Part shown: piece by piece, positions 24,455 to 27,373 of the stretch
Layout: the number at the start of each line of letters is the position of its first letter
Position numbering within the stretch: position 1 is the first letter of the stretch
Assembly: GCA_046715695.1 (NCBI GenBank)
Contig: JBKJYP010000113.1
Coordinates: 1 to 27,373 of the forward strand
DNA length: 27,373 nt
Direction of reading: 5' to 3'
DNA from: Actinomycetota bacterium
Lineage (GTDB): Bacteria; Actinomycetota; CADDZG01; WHSQ01
Position numbers and translations under genes: made by a program
Notes under the pieces: generated by a model
What the model was told of the DNA's origin: nothing
What the model saw: only the letters and a program-made list of their open reading frames with translations
The model's database searches: none

Positions 24455-25558
24455 TCAGAGATCGGAGGCCGGCACGACCCTCGCTACCCCTGCTTCAGCC
24501 GGGTCGGTGACCCAGAGGACGCCTTCGGATTCCGAGATCTGTCTCGCATCTCCGTCGACCTGCAGGACGATCCCGGAGAGCATCCCGGTGTCGACGGATA
24601 CCCCGGTCACGACAGGCGTCCCTCCGTCATTGGAGAGGACCCACATCACGCCCTCGCCGAGAGTCATGTCGAGATAGCGGCCTGCGATCGGGCTCTCGCC
24701 GAGAGGCTCGAGGGTCTCGATCGAATACTTGGACAACGTCGATGTGGTTCTGTTCGCGATCCATAGGGCACCGGCGCCGGCGGTGAGATCGCTGCCGGGA
24801 GCTGCGGTCGTCGGGATCGAGCGGACGGGCTCGGCTGTGATCGGATCGAGATCTATCAGCTCGCCCCCCAGTCCCAGGGCCCAGAGGTGCCCATCGCCGA
24901 TAGCGATGTCGGTCGCTCCAAGCTCCTCGGTCGCGTCGATCGAACCCGTCGCGGGATCGATGCTGACGAGCTCCCGCTCATCGACTAGCACCCACGTCGT
25001 GCCGTCCCCGGCCGCCATCTCGAGCGAGACCGGTTCGTCCGCGAGGACCACCGGGTTACCGATCGCTTCTCCGGTCTGCTCGCTGAACCGAAAGACGGAG
25101 GACAGTTCTGGGTTCGAAACCCAAACGATGCCGTTGCGGATGTCTATGTCCTCGGGACGTCCCTCGATGGGGATCGAGTCGATGATCGTCGTCGTGGCGG
25201 CGTCGATGCGGTGGATGACCTGCCGATCGGTGTCGGTGACCCAGACCACGCCGGCGGAGACGACGAGGTCGAAAGGATGTCTGCCGACCTCGACGAACGT
25301 TGTGACCTGGTCTGCGAAGCCGTTGTCCGGTTCTGTGGGACCAGCATCGGGGCGGGTCACCGCAACAACCGTCATGAGGATCGCGATCAGTGCGGCGGCA
25401 CCGACGGCCGTGCCGGCCCAGACCAACGTCGTTCTGCGCCGTGACCGGGACACGACCCGAGAACGCGCTTCCACCCGGCGAGGCGCTCTCTCTTCCCGCG
25501 CCGCCTCCTTGACCGTGGAGAGAGACTCGGCGATGCGCCGCTCGAGGTCGTCCCTCAT
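24455..25558 (-). CDS. Putative anti-sigma factor: short cytoplasmic N-terminus, one TM helix, extracytoplasmic seven-bladed beta-propeller (YVTN/Vgb-like)
   Basis: ATGA overlap with the ECF gene. TM helix LVWAGTAVGAAALIAILMTVVAV. Seven roughly 40-aa repeats, each with a G-x-(V/L/T/M)-W-(V/A/I) core (GVVWV, GIVWV, GTTWV, GHLWA, GALWI, GVMWV, GVLWV). Confidence 0.75.
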   Translation of the reverse strand: MRDDLERRIAESLSTVKEAAREERAPRRVEARSRVVSRSRRRTTLVWAGTAVGAAALIAILMTVVAVTRPDAGPTEPDNGFADQVTTFVEVGRHPFDLVVSAGVVWVTDTDRQVIHRIDAATTTIIDSIPIEGRPEDIDIRNGIVWVSNPELSSVFRFSEQTGEAIGNPVVLADEPVSLEMAAGDGTTWVLVDERELVSIDPATGSIDATEELGATDIAIGDGHLWALGLGGELIDLDPITAEPVRSIPTTAAPGSDLTAGAGALWIANRTTSTLSKYSIETLEPLGESPIAGRYLDMTLGEGVMWVLSNDGGTPVVTGVSVDTGMLSGIVLQVDGDARQISESEGVLWVTDPAEAGVARVVPASDL

Positions 25559-26139
25559 GCGCTCGCCCCCTCTCTGTCACCTTCGAGTGCAACCGCGAGC
25601 TTCGCGCGGGCGCGCGTCAGTTGTGATCTCACAGTGCTGGCGGAACACCCCATGATCTCCGCGATCTCTCCTTCGGGCAGGTCCTCGACGTAACGCAGAA
25701 CGATGCACGCGCGCTGTCGCATGGGGAGCCCCTTGACCGCACCCCACAGCTCTCGCGCCGACTCGTGAATATCCGGCGTCCATTCCTTCACGCGGCGCCT
25801 GTCCTCGTGATGCGAGAGCTCGTTGACGCGGCGCTCCGTTATCTTGCGGCGGATCTTGGACCGGCAGAGGTTCACGACCGAGCGTTTGAGATAGACATCG
25901 GCTCGCGCTGTGTCCCGGATCCGCCCCCAGCCCGTGTAGGTCTTGATGAGGGCCTCCATGACGATCTCCTCCGCGAGGTGGGCATCACGGATGATCAGGT
26001 AGGCGAGGTCACACAACCGGTCGTAATGGCGGTCGAACAGTTCCGCCACCAGCACTTCCCGGGCATCCGTCGTGTCGGCCACTGCCGGCAATCCTCTCAG
26101 CGCCTGGGTATCCGGGAACAGAAGGGTGTCCATACCCAT
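25555..26139 (-). CDS. ECF RNA polymerase sigma-70 factor, SigE (Streptomyces-type) family
   Basis: Region 2 LAYLIIRDAHLAEEIVMEALIKTYTGWGRI..YLKRSVVNLCRS. Region 4 LPMRQRACIVLRYVEDLPEGEIAEIMGCSASTVRSQLTRARAKL. The true start may be ATG 26133. Confidence 0.93.
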   Translation of the reverse strand: MGMDTLLFPDTQALRGLPAVADTTDAREVLVAELFDRHYDRLCDLAYLIIRDAHLAEEIVMEALIKTYTGWGRIRDTARADVYLKRSVVNLCRSKIRRKITERRVNELSHHEDRRRVKEWTPDIHESARELWGAVKGLPMRQRACIVLRYVEDLPEGEIAEIMGCSASTVRSQLTRARAKLAVALEGDREGASA

Positions 26140-26141
26140 GC

Positions 26142-26167
26142 AGACGCCCTAGGGCGTGCGGACGCTG
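26142..26167 (-). promoter_or_regulatory. Candidate autoregulatory ECF promoter CAGC-N17-CGTCT, with a perfect 14-bp palindrome (ACGCCCTAGGGCGT, 26144-26157) overlapping the -10
   Basis: The minus strand reads GCAGC-gtccgcacgccctaggg-CGTCT-gcATGggtATG. This is one mismatch from the CAAC...CGTC pattern of SigE-type promoters as recalled. Confidence 0.4.
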
Positions 26168-26195
26168 CACGGGTTGGGGGGATACTTTCCCCCCT

Positions 26196-27356
26196 ATGCC
26201 GGAGCCCGATCGGAAACACTGGAAACACCTATACGCCGAGATCGTGTCGACGGAGATCTGCTGTGGCTGCTCGGCCTGCATCGTCGCCTGCCCCCACAAG
26301 GTCCTCGAGCTGCAGGATTTCGACCCGATCCAGACGGACGGCAACTCCCCGTTCGACAACTGCGTCCATGGCGAGGAAGGCTGCTCCCTCTGTGCGATGG
26401 CCTGTCTCCGCCTGGACCCGTCGGTGGGAGTGATCGAGCCCGCCGTCTTCGGGCGGCGCCGTCAACCGGATGAGCCCTGGGGGGCGTACCGCTACAAGAC
26501 GCTGGCCCGGGCGACCTATGAGCCGATCTTGGCCAAGGGACAAGACGGGGGAGCCGTCACGGCCCTGATCTCGTGGGGGCTGGATACCGGCGAGCTGGAT
26601 GGCGCTGCGGTCTCGGCCCCCTCGCCCGACGTCGCATGGCTCGACGAGCCCAGACTCGTGCGCTCGTCCGAGGAGCTTCTGGCGGCGGCGGGGTCGCGTT
26701 ACACCTACTGCGCGACGCCACTGGCGCTCAAGAAGGCCGCGGAGGCGAAGCTCAAGTCGATCGCTCTCGTGGGTGTCTCGTGCGAGTCGACCGCGGTCCG
26801 GCAGCTCGCCGCCCAAGGCATCAAGCGATGGGTGCGTCCGGTCAAGCTCGTGATCGGACTGATGTGCTGCGAGACCTTCGACTACGACGCGTTCATGGTC
26901 GGCAAGGTCGAGCAAGAGATGGGCATCAACCTTCAGGACGTCACCAAGGTGAACGTCAAAGGCAAGGTCATCGTCACGATGAAAGACGGGCAGGACATCA
27001 ACATCCCGCTGAAGGAGGCGCGTCCCTTCGCCAACGAGTGGTGCCATCACTGCCCCGACTTCTCGGCCGAGCACGCCGATCTGTCTTGCGGCGGTCTCGG
27101 TATGGAAGGCTGGACGATGATCCTCGTGCGCTCCGAGAAAGGTGAGGACTACCTCAAGCGCGCGGTCGAGGCCGGCGTCCTCGAGCTGCGCGATGCCGAG
27201 GAAGAGCAGAACGCTCTGTCGGTGATGGATCGCCTCGCCCGCAAGCAACGAGAACGGGTAGGGCCCTTCGACCCCCATGCCGCCGCCGCCTACCCCACCC
27301 AGCAACTACTAGACGCGGCCCGTGCCGAAGCCGAGTCTGAAACAGCGCCGACTTGA
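26196..27356 (+). CDS. F420-interacting FrhB/FdhB/FpoF-family flavoprotein with an N-terminal 2x[4Fe-4S] ferredoxin domain
   Basis: Ferredoxin motifs CCGCSACIVACP and C-x6-CSLCAMAC. FrhB-domain motifs GQDGGAVTAL, AAGSRYT, VGVSCE, IGLMCCETF and CHHCPDF.AE.ADLSCG. TACTTT lies 7 nt upstream of the ATG. Confidence 0.92.
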   Translation: MPEPDRKHWKHLYAEIVSTEICCGCSACIVACPHKVLELQDFDPIQTDGNSPFDNCVHGEEGCSLCAMACLRLDPSVGVIEPAVFGRRRQPDEPWGAYRYKTLARATYEPILAKGQDGGAVTALISWGLDTGELDGAAVSAPSPDVAWLDEPRLVRSSEELLAAAGSRYTYCATPLALKKAAEAKLKSIALVGVSCESTAVRQLAAQGIKRWVRPVKLVIGLMCCETFDYDAFMVGKVEQEMGINLQDVTKVNVKGKVIVTMKDGQDINIPLKEARPFANEWCHHCPDFSAEHADLSCGGLGMEGWTMILVRSEKGEDYLKRAVEAGVLELRDAEEEQNALSVMDRLARKQRERVGPFDPHAAAAYPTQQLLDAARAEAESETAPT

Positions 27357-27373
27357 TCAGAACGCGCCAATAT

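Noticed and set aside
25101-25125. GGTTCGAAACCC resembling a tRNA T-loop
   Set aside because: It lies inside the beta-propeller CDS, and no acceptor, D or anticodon arms can be folded around it.
26196-27356. Evidence for an F420-reducing [NiFe]-hydrogenase or methanogenesis
   Set aside because: There are no large or small hydrogenase subunits or maturation genes in the window, and the context is actinobacterial. The FrhB domain alone is not diagnostic.
1-27373. Mobile elements, prophage, defence or toxin-antitoxin systems
   Set aside because: No transposase, integrase, phage structural, restriction-modification, cas or toxin motifs were recognised in any supported ORF.

Overview
A GC-rich, densely coding bacterial window, most consistent with an Actinomycetota genome (SteA/SteB, CofC/FbiD, SigE-family ECF sigma factor, many leaderless-type starts). 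No rRNA, tRNA, CRISPR array, transposase or integrase was recognised. The backbone is the actinobacterial housekeeping block TPR protein ... DUF1015/HAD-IIA ... phasin-like, small ORF, tlyA-nadK-recN-steA-steB, followed here by murJ and hup. Accessory content comprises (i) a CAP-Ig lipoprotein and SPFH protein pair; (ii) a roughly 9.6 kb block with an MBL hydrolase, a DAG-kinase-like gene, a degenerate Rossmann protein and a Liv-type ABC importer, whose operon is led by a membrane-anchored DNRLRE-like surface protein and faced by a membrane protein with an Ada-type Zn site; and (iii) an F420 module in which cofC and an FpoF/FrhB-type ferredoxin-flavoprotein flank an ECF sigma factor and a seven-bladed beta-propeller anti-sigma candidate. 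All family calls come from motif recognition by eye, not database searches. Several start codons were moved relative to the ORF track using SD or -10 evidence.
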